A stretch of DNA of 64,000 nt from an uncultured Acidobacteriota bacterium (GTDB lineage: Bacteria > Acidobacteriota > Terriglobia > Terriglobales > Acidobacteriaceae), in NCBI GenBank assembly GCA_963735815.1, contig CAVTMJ010000011.1:89406-153405 (forward strand), given 5' to 3'. Shown here one piece after another: positions 54,635 through 63,726 of the stretch. The notes under the pieces are model-generated. The model ran no database searches. It was not told where the DNA came from and saw only the letters and a list, made by a program, of their open reading frames with translations. The translations under genes and the position numbers were made by a program. Position 1 is the stretch's first letter; each line of letters starts with the position of its first letter.

Positions 54635-55240
54635 CTAGCTCCAAAGACGATCCCATGAGCGCTCCTGGTCCCACTCCGGCGTAGGATCAAAGTAGCCAGT
54701 TTTGGGCGCAAGATGCTGGCGCACCACGTCTTCATTCAGTGTCACGCCCAGCCCGGGCCGGTCCGGAACATCGATAAAGCCGTGATTTACGATCGGAGAC
54801 TTCACTCCCTCTTGCACCAGAGAAGACCACCACGGCACATCGAGGGAGTGATTCTCCAGCGCCAGGAAATTCAGTGTGGCCGCAGCGCAGTGAACGTTGG
54901 CCATGCAGCTCACGGGCGTTCCTGCGAAGTGCATTGCCATCGGCACACCGTACTTCTCCGCCATGTCTCCAATCTTGTGCGTTTCGAGAATTCCCCCGGA
55001 GGTTGCCAGGTCCGGCTGAATCTTGCCCACTGCGTGGGCCTTACACAACACCTCGAATGGCTCTTTCAGATAGATATCCTCTCCAGTGAGAAGCGGTGTG
55101 GGGCTTTCGTCCGAAATTTTCTTCAACAGATCCGTGTAAGTCCAGGGGAGGACGTCCTCCAGCCACGCTAAATTGTATTTCTCGTAGGCCCTGCTGAGCC
55201 GAATAATGGATTTCACGCCCAGATGTCCAAGATGGTCCAT
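54635..55240 (-). CDS. enolase-superfamily sugar-acid dehydratase (ManD/galactonate dehydratase-like), C-terminal part after a +1 frame change
   Basis: MDHLGHLGVKSIIRLSRAYEKYNLAWLEDVLPW...LLTGEDIY...IQPDLATSGGILE...GVPMAMHF. The family motifs are D-H, WLED, GE and D..GG. Confidence 0.75.
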   Translation of the reverse strand: MDHLGHLGVKSIIRLSRAYEKYNLAWLEDVLPWTYTDLLKKISDESPTPLLTGEDIYLKEPFEVLCKAHAVGKIQPDLATSGGILETHKIGDMAEKYGVPMAMHFAGTPVSCMANVHCAAATLNFLALENHSLDVPWWSSLVQEGVKSPIVNHGFIDVPDRPGLGVTLNEDVVRQHLAPKTGYFDPTPEWDQERSWDRLWS

Positions 55241-56000
55241 GGCAAGCGGGAATCTCCATGCCCACCGCGTCGCGTATTGCGGCGACGTACTGCTCGAGCA
55301 TCGCGATGCCTTTGTCCGTGACTTCCATCCCCACGAACGGATGCGGCAGTTGATTTTGTTCCCAGTCGGTGAGGCCTGAGGGCCCGCTGACGGTGCCGGG
55401 TGTGTCGGCGACCATCTCGATTCCCAGGTCCATCTTGAGCCAGGTGATCCCCATCGATTCTTTGCGCTCCTTCATCCGTTGCGCATAGATTTTGGGGTCC
55501 TTTGATTCGGTGGTGTCCGCGTAGAGGCGGATTTTGTCGCGAAACTTGCCACCACCGAGCATTGCGTAAACCGGACTGTTGTAGACCTTGCCCGTAATGT
55601 CCCAGAGCGCCATTTCGATCGCGCTTACTCCACCGCCCTGGCGCGCGTGCCCGCCGAATTGTTTGATCTTCCGGAAAACCCGGTCGAGCTGCAGTGGGTT
55701 CTCGCCGACGATCCGGCTCTTGAGGAACAGTGCGTAGGTAGCGCTGGCGCCGTCGCGCACTTCACCGAGCCCGTATACTCCCTGATTCGTGTCGAGACGA
55801 ATGATGGGGCAGGGACTTGGCCCCGGCTTCACGATCGTGGCCACGCGCATATCGGTGATTTTCAGCGTGGAAGGGCTGGAGTTCGTGTTGACGCCTTTCG
55901 GGTCGGCCTCCATGGATTCGCGGGCCAAAAGTGTGCCTCCAAAAACCATGGCGGAGGTTTTCAGGATCTCGCGTCGGCCAAAGAGTTTTTTCGTATCCAT
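55041..56000 (-). CDS. enolase-superfamily sugar-acid dehydratase, N-terminal part with a twin-arginine signal
   Basis: MDTKKLFGRREILKTSAMVFGGTLLA (Tat-like), then LKITDMRVATIV...IRLDTNQGVYGLGEV...SAIEMALWDITGKVYNSPVYAMLGG. The frame is lost at the CCC run (minus strand, plus coordinates 55248-55250). An AAGGGAGGA RBS precedes ATG 56000. Confidence 0.75.
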   Translation of the reverse strand: MDTKKLFGRREILKTSAMVFGGTLLARESMEADPKGVNTNSSPSTLKITDMRVATIVKPGPSPCPIIRLDTNQGVYGLGEVRDGASATYALFLKSRIVGENPLQLDRVFRKIKQFGGHARQGGGVSAIEMALWDITGKVYNSPVYAMLGGGKFRDKIRLYADTTESKDPKIYAQRMKERKESMGITWLKMDLGIEMVADTPGTVSGPSGLTDWEQNQLPHPFVGMEVTDKGIAMLEQYVAAIRDAVGMEIPACHGPSWTSGREIHYSAQQGLREIQFSVAGGRPPLDLHGSVEENFGRKPHTASHWRGYLSERAIRGVV

Positions 56001-56314
56001 AAAGGTCAGTCCTCCCTTTCCACATCCTGTTAGGTACCAAGGCACATTCGAAATCGCCCTGGCGTCTGAACTTCCTGACCGCCTATGCGATCGAATTGAA
56101 CTTCTTCTGTTGCTTCTGTCGCGGGCACTTGCGTTCAATCGGTAGCAGCCTGCTCGCAAAAGGAACGCTGAATTGTACGCTTGTAACACCAGGATTCAGG
56201 TTTGACAAATGTTCGGCGATTTGAGAGCTTCACTGGCACCCTTGCCCAGCATTCTGCAACTCACGCCACGTGCGTTCTTCAGCAGCGTATTCTTTTCCGA
56301 TCGGAGGGAACCGG

Positions 56315-57247
56315 ATGATCCGAATGGCAGTCAGTCGTAGCACCTGCATCTTTGTTGCGCTCGCGTTTGTTGCTGGTCTGGTGCAGCCATTGCTGATGCA
56401 TGCGCAACTCCTGTCCTTTCCCAAGCAGGATCTGGTCGACTACACCGCGCAGAATCCCTTCGATCGGCTCGCGGACGGCCGCCCCAAAGTTCCTGACGAC
56501 CTGATCGAAAGAGCCCGTGGATTATCGTCGGAAGAGGTGTGGGCGGTTCTTGAGGAGAAGGGATTTCGCAATCAATACGCCGACGGATTCCAAGTGCTGC
56601 ATCCGGGCAAGACCATGGTCGGTCGCGCGTTCACCGTGCAGTTCATGCCGTCGCGCTCTGACGTGGAAGACGTCGCCAAAGCAAAGGCGAAGGACCGGGG
56701 CATTCCACAATTGACGAATCAGACCGCGATCGACATGCTGCAGCCCGGCGATGTTCTGGTCGTTGACCTGTTCGGCAAAAAAGTGAACGGGACCATCGTC
56801 GGCGACAACCTTTTTTATTACACGATGAAGGCAACGCACAGCGGGGGCCTGGTTGTTGACGGCAGCATTCGCGATCTCGACGGCATTTCGGAAATCGACA
56901 TGCCCGCCTACTTCCGTGCAGTCGATCCGACTCCAATCGGCGATGTCATGCTCACCGGCATCAACATTCCGATACGCATCGGACGAGTCACCGTGATGCC
57001 GGGAGATCTCGTAGTCGGCGACCGGGAAGGCGTCTACTTCGTTCCACCGCAGTTGGTGAAGGAAGTTCTCGATCGTGCCGACGAGATCCATATTCACGAC
57101 GAATGGACCAAGAAAAAATTCGACGAAGGGAAATACAAGTCGAGCGAGATTTACGGGTCACCCAAGGATCCGAAGCTTCAGCAGGAGTACAAGGATTATC
57201 TGAAGAAACGGCTCGACGAAATTCACAAGCAGCGGAGCTCAAAATAA
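56315..57247 (+). CDS. RraA-family (RraA/HMG-CHA aldolase-like) protein with an N-terminal Sec-type signal peptide
   Basis: MIRMAVSRSTCIFVALAFVAGLVQPLLMHA, then GKTMVGRAFTVQFMP...LQPGDVLVVD...GTIVGDNLFYYTMKATHSGGLVVDGSIRD...VMPGDLVVGDREGVYFVP, which is an RraA-like fold signature. A GGAGGGA RBS is present. Confidence 0.78.
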   Translation: MIRMAVSRSTCIFVALAFVAGLVQPLLMHAQLLSFPKQDLVDYTAQNPFDRLADGRPKVPDDLIERARGLSSEEVWAVLEEKGFRNQYADGFQVLHPGKTMVGRAFTVQFMPSRSDVEDVAKAKAKDRGIPQLTNQTAIDMLQPGDVLVVDLFGKKVNGTIVGDNLFYYTMKATHSGGLVVDGSIRDLDGISEIDMPAYFRAVDPTPIGDVMLTGINIPIRIGRVTVMPGDLVVGDREGVYFVPPQLVKEVLDRADEIHIHDEWTKKKFDEGKYKSSEIYGSPKDPKLQQEYKDYLKKRLDEIHKQRSSK

Positions 57248-57259
57248 CGGAGGTCCACC

Positions 57260-58396
57260 ATGTCGAAGGGTAACGAAATCACGCGACGTGGATTCATGAC
57301 GCGCGTGGGTCAAGGTCTGGTTGCAGCCAATGCTGCGGGACTGCTGAAGCATGCCTCCGCCGCACAGCTGGTCGTCCCGGATCCTCCCGGCAAGAAACTG
57401 GGATGGGCCATCGTTGGCCTGGGCAGCCTTTCCATCCATCAGATTCTGCCTGCATTTGCCCAATGCGAGAAATCAAAGGTGGTCGCCCTGGTGAGCGGCC
57501 ATCCCGATAAGGCCAATAAGCTCGCGCTGCGCTATGGAGTCAATCCGAAGAACATCTACAACTACCAGAACTACGATTCGATCAAAGATAATCCCGAAGT
57601 CGACATCATTTACATCGTCTTGCCGAACGGCATGCACTGCGAGTACACGGTGCGCGGACTGCAAGCGGGAAAACACGTTTTGACCGAAAAGCCGATGGCC
57701 AACACTCCGGCCGAATGTCAGCACATGATCGATGCCGGCCGTAAGGCGAACCGAAAGTTAATGGTCGCGTACCGCTGCCGCTACGAACCTTACAACCAGG
57801 AAGCCATTCGTGTGGCGCGGTCCAACGAGCTGGGAAAGACCAAGGTGATGCTCGCGGACGCCGGCTTCACTATCGGCGATCCAAACCAGTGGAGGCTGAA
57901 GAAAGACCTGGCAGGCGGAGGATCGCTGATGGATATCGGCATCTACGCCCTGCAAGCCGCGCGCTATCTCTCTGGCGAAGAGCCCACACAGGTGAATGCG
58001 ATGATGTACAGCACACCAGGTGATCCGCGTTTCAAGGAAGTGGAGGAGGCAATCAACTTCCAACTGCGCTTCCCCAGCGGAATCCTCGCGAACTGCACGT
58101 CAAGTTACGGATACGCATGGCAGTCCCACTACCGTGTGGTCAAGTCGGAAGGTTGGCTTGAGATGGATCCGGCGACCGCCTACAGCGGTTTGCGCATGCG
58201 CGTCCACTACGGAAACACCATCGAAGAAAAGGATCTGCCCGTGGTCGATCACTTTGCTGCCGAAATGGAGCACATGTCCAGCTGCGTCATGGAGAACAAG
58301 GAACCGCTCACGCCGGGCGAAGAGGGTCTGCGCGACCTGACGATCATGAAAGCGATCTACCAGGCGGCAAATACGGGCACAACGGTTAAGCTCTAA
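57260..58396 (+). CDS. Gfo/Idh/MocA family oxidoreductase with a twin-arginine signal (glucose-fructose oxidoreductase-like)
   Basis: MSKGNEITRRGFMTRVGQGLVAANAAGLLKHASA (Tat), LGWAIVGLGSLS Rossmann, and the EKPMA motif. Confidence 0.88.
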   Translation: MSKGNEITRRGFMTRVGQGLVAANAAGLLKHASAAQLVVPDPPGKKLGWAIVGLGSLSIHQILPAFAQCEKSKVVALVSGHPDKANKLALRYGVNPKNIYNYQNYDSIKDNPEVDIIYIVLPNGMHCEYTVRGLQAGKHVLTEKPMANTPAECQHMIDAGRKANRKLMVAYRCRYEPYNQEAIRVARSNELGKTKVMLADAGFTIGDPNQWRLKKDLAGGGSLMDIGIYALQAARYLSGEEPTQVNAMMYSTPGDPRFKEVEEAINFQLRFPSGILANCTSSYGYAWQSHYRVVKSEGWLEMDPATAYSGLRMRVHYGNTIEEKDLPVVDHFAAEMEHMSSCVMENKEPLTPGEEGLRDLTIMKAIYQAANTGTTVKL

Positions 58397-58441
58397 GTTT
58401 GGGCTTCCCAGTAATGCTTGCCGGTCCTCTCGTGGTCATGC

Positions 58442-60787
58442 TCACGGCTTGACCGTAATCGCTTTTCCCGAATAGCGCACAACTTTGTCGGGTTCCTCGG
58501 TTGCGTCCACGCCCACTCCGTGATTCTCGCGGACAAACACGACGCGAAAACTTCGGTCCTCCAGCATCCCCGCAAAACGACCTTTACGGTCGCCGATCGT
58601 CAAGGTTTCTCCGGCTTCGTCCCAGTGAAACGGGATCGTCGCATAGGCTCCGCCCTCATAGTTATAGTTGTCGTTCTCGTCTTCATAGAGCGTGAAATCC
58701 CCGTTCGCACCTCGATAGATACGTAGTTCAATTGGATCGGGAGGCTTTTGCGTGCTCCACTCTTCCTCAGGACCCATCGGAACGATCGATCCCGCTCGAA
58801 TGAATAGGGGAATACGCTCCAATGGAGCCGGCGCATCAACGCTACGCTCACCGTTGCTGGTTGTGCCCATCCAAAAGTCGAACCACTTGGCCTGCGGAAG
58901 ATAGAGCCGCCGGCTTTGGGTCGCTGGATCGGTAACGGGGTTTACCAGGATCGCGGGCCCGAACATGAATTGATCGCTGACGTTCGCTGCCCGTACATCG
59001 GTGCGGAAATCCATCACCAGGGCGCGCATCGGCGTGTAGCCCTCATGGGTGGTCTTCCAGGCGAGCGAATAAATGTAGGGCAGCAAGCGATAGCGCAACC
59101 GATCAAAGCTGACCAATATTTTTTGAGCATCGGGCCCGTAGGACCAGAGTTCGTTCTGATCGGTGCTGCGGGTCCCGTGGACTCGCAGGATTGGATTGAA
59201 CGTACCAAACTGAAACCAACGAATGAACAGTTCGCGATAGGCTGGATCGTCTGGGTTGCCGGAGACAAATCCGCCGATGTCAGTGGTCCAGTAGGGCAAG
59301 CCTGAAAGCGAATAATTCAGCCCGGCCGGGATCTGCTTTTTCAGGAATACCCAATCGGAGTTGACGTCGCCAGACCAGACCGCAGCCGCATTTCGTTGAG
59401 CGCCGGCAAAAGCCGATCGGCTGAGAATGAAAACGCGCTTGTCGTGGCTGGCCTCTCGCTGCCCCTGGTACACGGCTGAAGTGGTCATGAGCGAAAACAT
59501 GTTGGCGAACCGGGCACCGTTCCCCAGTGCGGTCTTATTGGTCGCGAGAATTGTGGTCTCTTGCCCCTCGGTCTCCGGTTCCGTTGTGTCAAGCCACCAG
59601 GCATCAACTCCGATCTTGAAGAGAGCCTTGTCCATGAGATTCCAGTAATACTTTCGCGCCGCCGGGTTGAAGGCGTCGTAGAGTGCTTGGCCCACCGGAT
59701 GAAAACCGCCCACCTTGGTTTTCGCGATAAAGAATCCCTGCTTCTCCATGTCGTCGTAGGTTTTGGTGCCGGGACGAAAATAGGGCCAGAACGAAATCAT
59801 CAAGTGGAAGTTGTTCGCGTGGAGATCATCCACCATGCCCTTGGGATCGGGATAGCGCTCTTTGTCGAAAACCGGTTCTCCCATCGTGTACCACCAGAAC
59901 CAGTCCTGCACGATGTTGTCTACCGGGATATGCAGATCGCGATATTTGTGGGCTACCGCAAGTAACTCATCCTGGCTTTTGTAACGGTTCTTGCATTGCC
60001 AGAACCCATAGGCCCACTTGCCGAACAGGGGAGGAGAACCGGTGAGTTCCCGGTACGCGCCAACCAACTGGTCGAACTCCGGCCCGTAGATGAAGTAGTA
60101 ATCGATGACATCGGCAACCTCGGAGCTAACATACAGCGCGCTTAAGAATCGGTTGTTGAAGCGGCTGCGCGAGGTGTTGTTCCAGAAGATGGCGTACCCG
60201 TTGCTCGACAAGAAAAAAGGGATGCTGATGTTGGTATTGTCCTGGGAGATGTCGACGGCTTCGCCCCTGTAGTTCCACACCCCGGCCTGGTGCTGGCCGA
60301 GACCGTAGAACGCCTCGTATGATCCCCAGAGATTGGAGAACATTTCGGCGTGGTAAGTGTGTTCTCCGTTCACGACGACCGGAGTGAAGCTGCGGCCATA
60401 ATCCTCGAAGAGCTTTTTCCCCTCGGCGTCGTTGAAACGAATGTTCCCATCTTTGCGGGTAACGGTCACTTGCAAGCGACTTGTGGAAACAACGACTGAG
60501 TCTTCCCCAGATTGCATCGACCACTGCGTGGCGGGCCAGTTCTTCTTGATCACCACGTAGTCTGGTGAGTCTGGGAATGACTGGCGGACCGTGTACAAAA
60601 CCCGGATCATCGAATCCGAACAAACCTGCAACTTCATCGCTCCCGACTTGACCACGAAGCGCACTCCGTCGGGCTCACGTTGGACATCGGTGACCGGGTC
60701 GAGATCTTTCCATTGGGCCGCGGCAGGAACAGAACCAACAAGAAGGAAAGCGACCGTCAAACGACCAATCAGGGAAAATACAGACAT
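58442..60787 (-). CDS. glycoside hydrolase family 31 (alpha-xylosidase/alpha-glucosidase-like), exported
   Basis: A signal peptide (MSVFSLIGRLTVAFLLVGSVPAAAQ), then HIPVDNIVQDWFWW, GVDAWWLDTTEPE (nucleophile region) and AAVWSGDVNSDW. The ORF track also allows 60823. Confidence 0.88.
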   Translation of the reverse strand: MSVFSLIGRLTVAFLLVGSVPAAAQWKDLDPVTDVQREPDGVRFVVKSGAMKLQVCSDSMIRVLYTVRQSFPDSPDYVVIKKNWPATQWSMQSGEDSVVVSTSRLQVTVTRKDGNIRFNDAEGKKLFEDYGRSFTPVVVNGEHTYHAEMFSNLWGSYEAFYGLGQHQAGVWNYRGEAVDISQDNTNISIPFFLSSNGYAIFWNNTSRSRFNNRFLSALYVSSEVADVIDYYFIYGPEFDQLVGAYRELTGSPPLFGKWAYGFWQCKNRYKSQDELLAVAHKYRDLHIPVDNIVQDWFWWYTMGEPVFDKERYPDPKGMVDDLHANNFHLMISFWPYFRPGTKTYDDMEKQGFFIAKTKVGGFHPVGQALYDAFNPAARKYYWNLMDKALFKIGVDAWWLDTTEPETEGQETTILATNKTALGNGARFANMFSLMTTSAVYQGQREASHDKRVFILSRSAFAGAQRNAAAVWSGDVNSDWVFLKKQIPAGLNYSLSGLPYWTTDIGGFVSGNPDDPAYRELFIRWFQFGTFNPILRVHGTRSTDQNELWSYGPDAQKILVSFDRLRYRLLPYIYSLAWKTTHEGYTPMRALVMDFRTDVRAANVSDQFMFGPAILVNPVTDPATQSRRLYLPQAKWFDFWMGTTSNGERSVDAPAPLERIPLFIRAGSIVPMGPEEEWSTQKPPDPIELRIYRGANGDFTLYEDENDNYNYEGGAYATIPFHWDEAGETLTIGDRKGRFAGMLEDRSFRVVFVRENHGVGVDATEEPDKVVRYSGKAITVKP

Positions 60788-61091
60788 CCTGGGGCAGGAG
60801 ACGCGAGCGGGCAGATATGGCACGGCGGCATGTTAGCGTGGACCGAAACGCAATGCAATGAACGCTACTCTCTTGTAGCCTGGTGCGGCCTGCCTGCGGA
60901 TTAACAGCCCTGCATGGACCTGGGTTCAACTTCTCCTGGGCTCAACGCAAGCTCATGGGACGCGTTCCCGGCAGATGCACGCGCAGCCTTGGAGAGAGTG
61001 GAGGCGTTGTTAATTGGACCCAAACAGACCCAAATTGAGGAAGTCCGAAATTTGGGAACGACGCTAATTCAATGAACTGCTTGGAGAAGAT

Positions 61092-61169
<78 letters not shown>

Positions 61170-61394
61170 ACGAAAACGGCGAGGCCCGCCTTTATTCACG
61201 AGCGTGCCACGGGTCGCCGCAGTTAACTGCCTGTAAAGTATAACATTCTCAGGATTTTGATCGGCCGCTGCTGCTAAGATTCGCAGCACGCTGCATTCAT
61301 TCGCGTGTGAATGCTCGGCGCGAAGCGAGCGCCGCCCGAAGTTTCTGAAAAGGGCGCGCGCTTCGGTACAATACTTCAGCATTAAAACGATTCA

Positions 61395-62555
61395 ATGGAT
61401 CTCGCCATACTAGCCAAGGAGCTGTACACGCCGCTGGAGCGTATCGAGCGACCGGTGCTGCTCGTGCAAGACGGCGTGATCGCCAGTATCCATCAGCAGC
61501 GTGAGCGGGATATCCCGAAGAACTGCCGGGTGCTTGATCTGGAAGACGCGATCCTGGTGCCCGGCTTTATCGACATGCACATCCACGGCGGCGCGGGACG
61601 CGATGTCATGGACACCGCCCCGGATGCCCTGCCGGCCGTGGAACGTCTTCTCTATTCCCATGGGGTGACGACGTATTTCCCTACCACGATTACCGCCCCG
61701 ATCGACCGGACGCTGGCCGCCCTCGACAGTCTTGCGGGCGCGATCGAACGGGCTCGCGAAAGTGAAGAGTTGCGGGCCACGCCGGTGGGAATTCACCTGG
61801 AGGGCCCGTTCATCAGCCACGCGCGGCCTGGCGTTCATCCAACAGGCGATCTGCAAAAACCAACCTTGGCGTTGTTCGAAAGGCTCTGGGAAGCTTCGCG
61901 CGGAACAGTGAAGATCATTACGATCGCTCCTGAGTTGGATGGGGCGCGTGAAGTGATCAGTGAAGCTACCCGTCGCGGAGTCTGTGTGAGCATGGGACAT
62001 TCAGACGCCGACTTGGCCCAGGCGCGAGCCGGTGTCGATGCAGGCGTGCGCCATGCGACCCATACCTTCAACGCCATGCGGCCGCTCGAACACCGGGATC
62101 CCGGAATTATTGGCGAAGCCTTGATGGACGAACGCATCAGTGCGGAGATCATCGCGGATGGCATTCATGTGGACCCGCTCGTGGTGCGCTTGTTTCTTCT
62201 TGCCAAAGGCGCAGACGGAGCGGTGCTCGTCACCGATGCGACTGCGGCCACCGGCATGCCCAACGGGCGCTACCGCCTGGGATCTCTGGAAGTCGACGTC
62301 AAAGACGGAAAATGCCTGCGGGATGGGCGGCTCGCCGGGAGCGTCCTGACCATGGATAGGGCTGTGCGGAACGTCATCAAGTTTGCCAACTGGGATTTGC
62401 AGCACGCAGTGCGTCTGGCAACACTGAATCCGGCGCGCGCCACCGGGCTGCCGGGGAATGCGGGAACGTTGGTGGCAGGGGCGCGGGCTGATGTCGTCGC
62501 TTTGAATTCGGCGGGCGACGTAGTCAAGACGATTGTGTGCGGACGAGTTGCCTAG
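61395..62555 (+). CDS. nagA: N-acetylglucosamine-6-phosphate deacetylase
   Basis: VPGFIDMHIHGGAGRDVMD, HLEGPF, GHSDA, HTFNAM and ADGIHV are canonical NagA metal-binding motifs. Confidence 0.92.
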   Translation: MDLAILAKELYTPLERIERPVLLVQDGVIASIHQQRERDIPKNCRVLDLEDAILVPGFIDMHIHGGAGRDVMDTAPDALPAVERLLYSHGVTTYFPTTITAPIDRTLAALDSLAGAIERARESEELRATPVGIHLEGPFISHARPGVHPTGDLQKPTLALFERLWEASRGTVKIITIAPELDGAREVISEATRRGVCVSMGHSDADLAQARAGVDAGVRHATHTFNAMRPLEHRDPGIIGEALMDERISAEIIADGIHVDPLVVRLFLLAKGADGAVLVTDATAATGMPNGRYRLGSLEVDVKDGKCLRDGRLAGSVLTMDRAVRNVIKFANWDLQHAVRLATLNPARATGLPGNAGTLVAGARADVVALNSAGDVVKTIVCGRVA

Positions 62556-62578
62556 GCATTCATCGGGGGAGTTACAGA

Positions 62579-63706
62579 ATGGCTGACAAGCGCGAATTTC
62601 CACACCACATGATCAAGGAGATCTTTGAGCAGCCGCAGGGGCTGCACGACACCATTGCCCCTCGTATTTCGCTGCCTGAGGGAGTGGTGCAGCTGAACGA
62701 AGTACCGATCCGCCGCGAGGAGCTTCAGAAGTTGTGCCGAATCAACATTGTCGCGTCGGGAACCAGCCGTCACGCGGGAATGACGGGCCAGTACATGATT
62801 GAAGACCTCGCCAACGTTCCCGTCGATGTGGACTACGCCAGCGAGTTTGAGTATCGCAATCCGATGATCGGTCAGAGCGAGCTGACGATCGTGATAACCC
62901 AGTCCGGGGAGACAGCGGACACGGGGGCCGCCCAGCGCGAGGCCAAAAAAAGAGGGTCGCGGACGGTCGCGATTTCAAACGTTGCGGAAACCACCATCGC
63001 CCGCGAGGCCGATGGCGTCATCTACACCCTCGCCGGACCGGAAATCAGTATTGCTTCCACCAAGGCCTTTACCGCGCAGATGGCGGCGCTCTTTCTATTC
63101 GCCTTGTATCTGGCGCAAGCGCGAGAGTCTTTGAGTTCTGACCGTCGCGAGTTCTACATCCGCGAATTGCTGGACCTGCCCAGCAAAGTAAAGCGAACAC
63201 TGGAATGTGTAGAGCAGTGTGAAGAGATTGCTGCGGAGTTTCACAAAGTGAATGACTTCCTCTTCATGGGTCGCGCGATTCACTACCCGATCGCGATGGA
63301 CGGCGCTCTCAAGCTGAAGGAGGTCTCCTATATACATGCCGAGGGTTACCCTACCGGAGAGACCAAGCATGGTCCCAACGCACTGATCGACGAGCACCTG
63401 CCGGTCGTCATTATTGCGACTCGCGATCCTGCTGACGCTGGCTCTATGCTGCGCTATGGCAAGACGGTCAGCAACATTGCAGGATTCAAGAAGCAGTCCA
63501 GCAGTGTAATTGCCCTGGTCTCGGAAGACGATACCGAAGTTCGCAAGCTGGCGGATCACGCCATACCGATTCCACTCGCTCCCGAGCTTCTATCTCCGAT
63601 ACTGGAAATCGTCCCGCTGCAGCTGTTCGCCTACTACATGGCGGTCAAGCGTGGCTTGGACGTGGATCGCCCGCGCAACCTGGTCAAATCTGTCACTCTG
63701 GAGTAA
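62579..63706 (+). CDS. GlmS-type double SIS-domain protein lacking the glutaminase domain (probable glucosamine-6-phosphate deaminase/isomerase, NagB-II-like)
   Basis: HHMIKEIFEQPQ, ASGTSRHAG, ITQSGETADT, EGYPTGETKHGP and the C-terminal LVKSVTLE match the GlmS isomerase half. A GGGGGAG RBS is present. Confidence 0.85.
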   Translation: MADKREFPHHMIKEIFEQPQGLHDTIAPRISLPEGVVQLNEVPIRREELQKLCRINIVASGTSRHAGMTGQYMIEDLANVPVDVDYASEFEYRNPMIGQSELTIVITQSGETADTGAAQREAKKRGSRTVAISNVAETTIAREADGVIYTLAGPEISIASTKAFTAQMAALFLFALYLAQARESLSSDRREFYIRELLDLPSKVKRTLECVEQCEEIAAEFHKVNDFLFMGRAIHYPIAMDGALKLKEVSYIHAEGYPTGETKHGPNALIDEHLPVVIIATRDPADAGSMLRYGKTVSNIAGFKKQSSSVIALVSEDDTEVRKLADHAIPIPLAPELLSPILEIVPLQLFAYYMAVKRGLDVDRPRNLVKSVTLE

Positions 63707-63726
63707 GGGCGAACTGCCGGAGGCTT

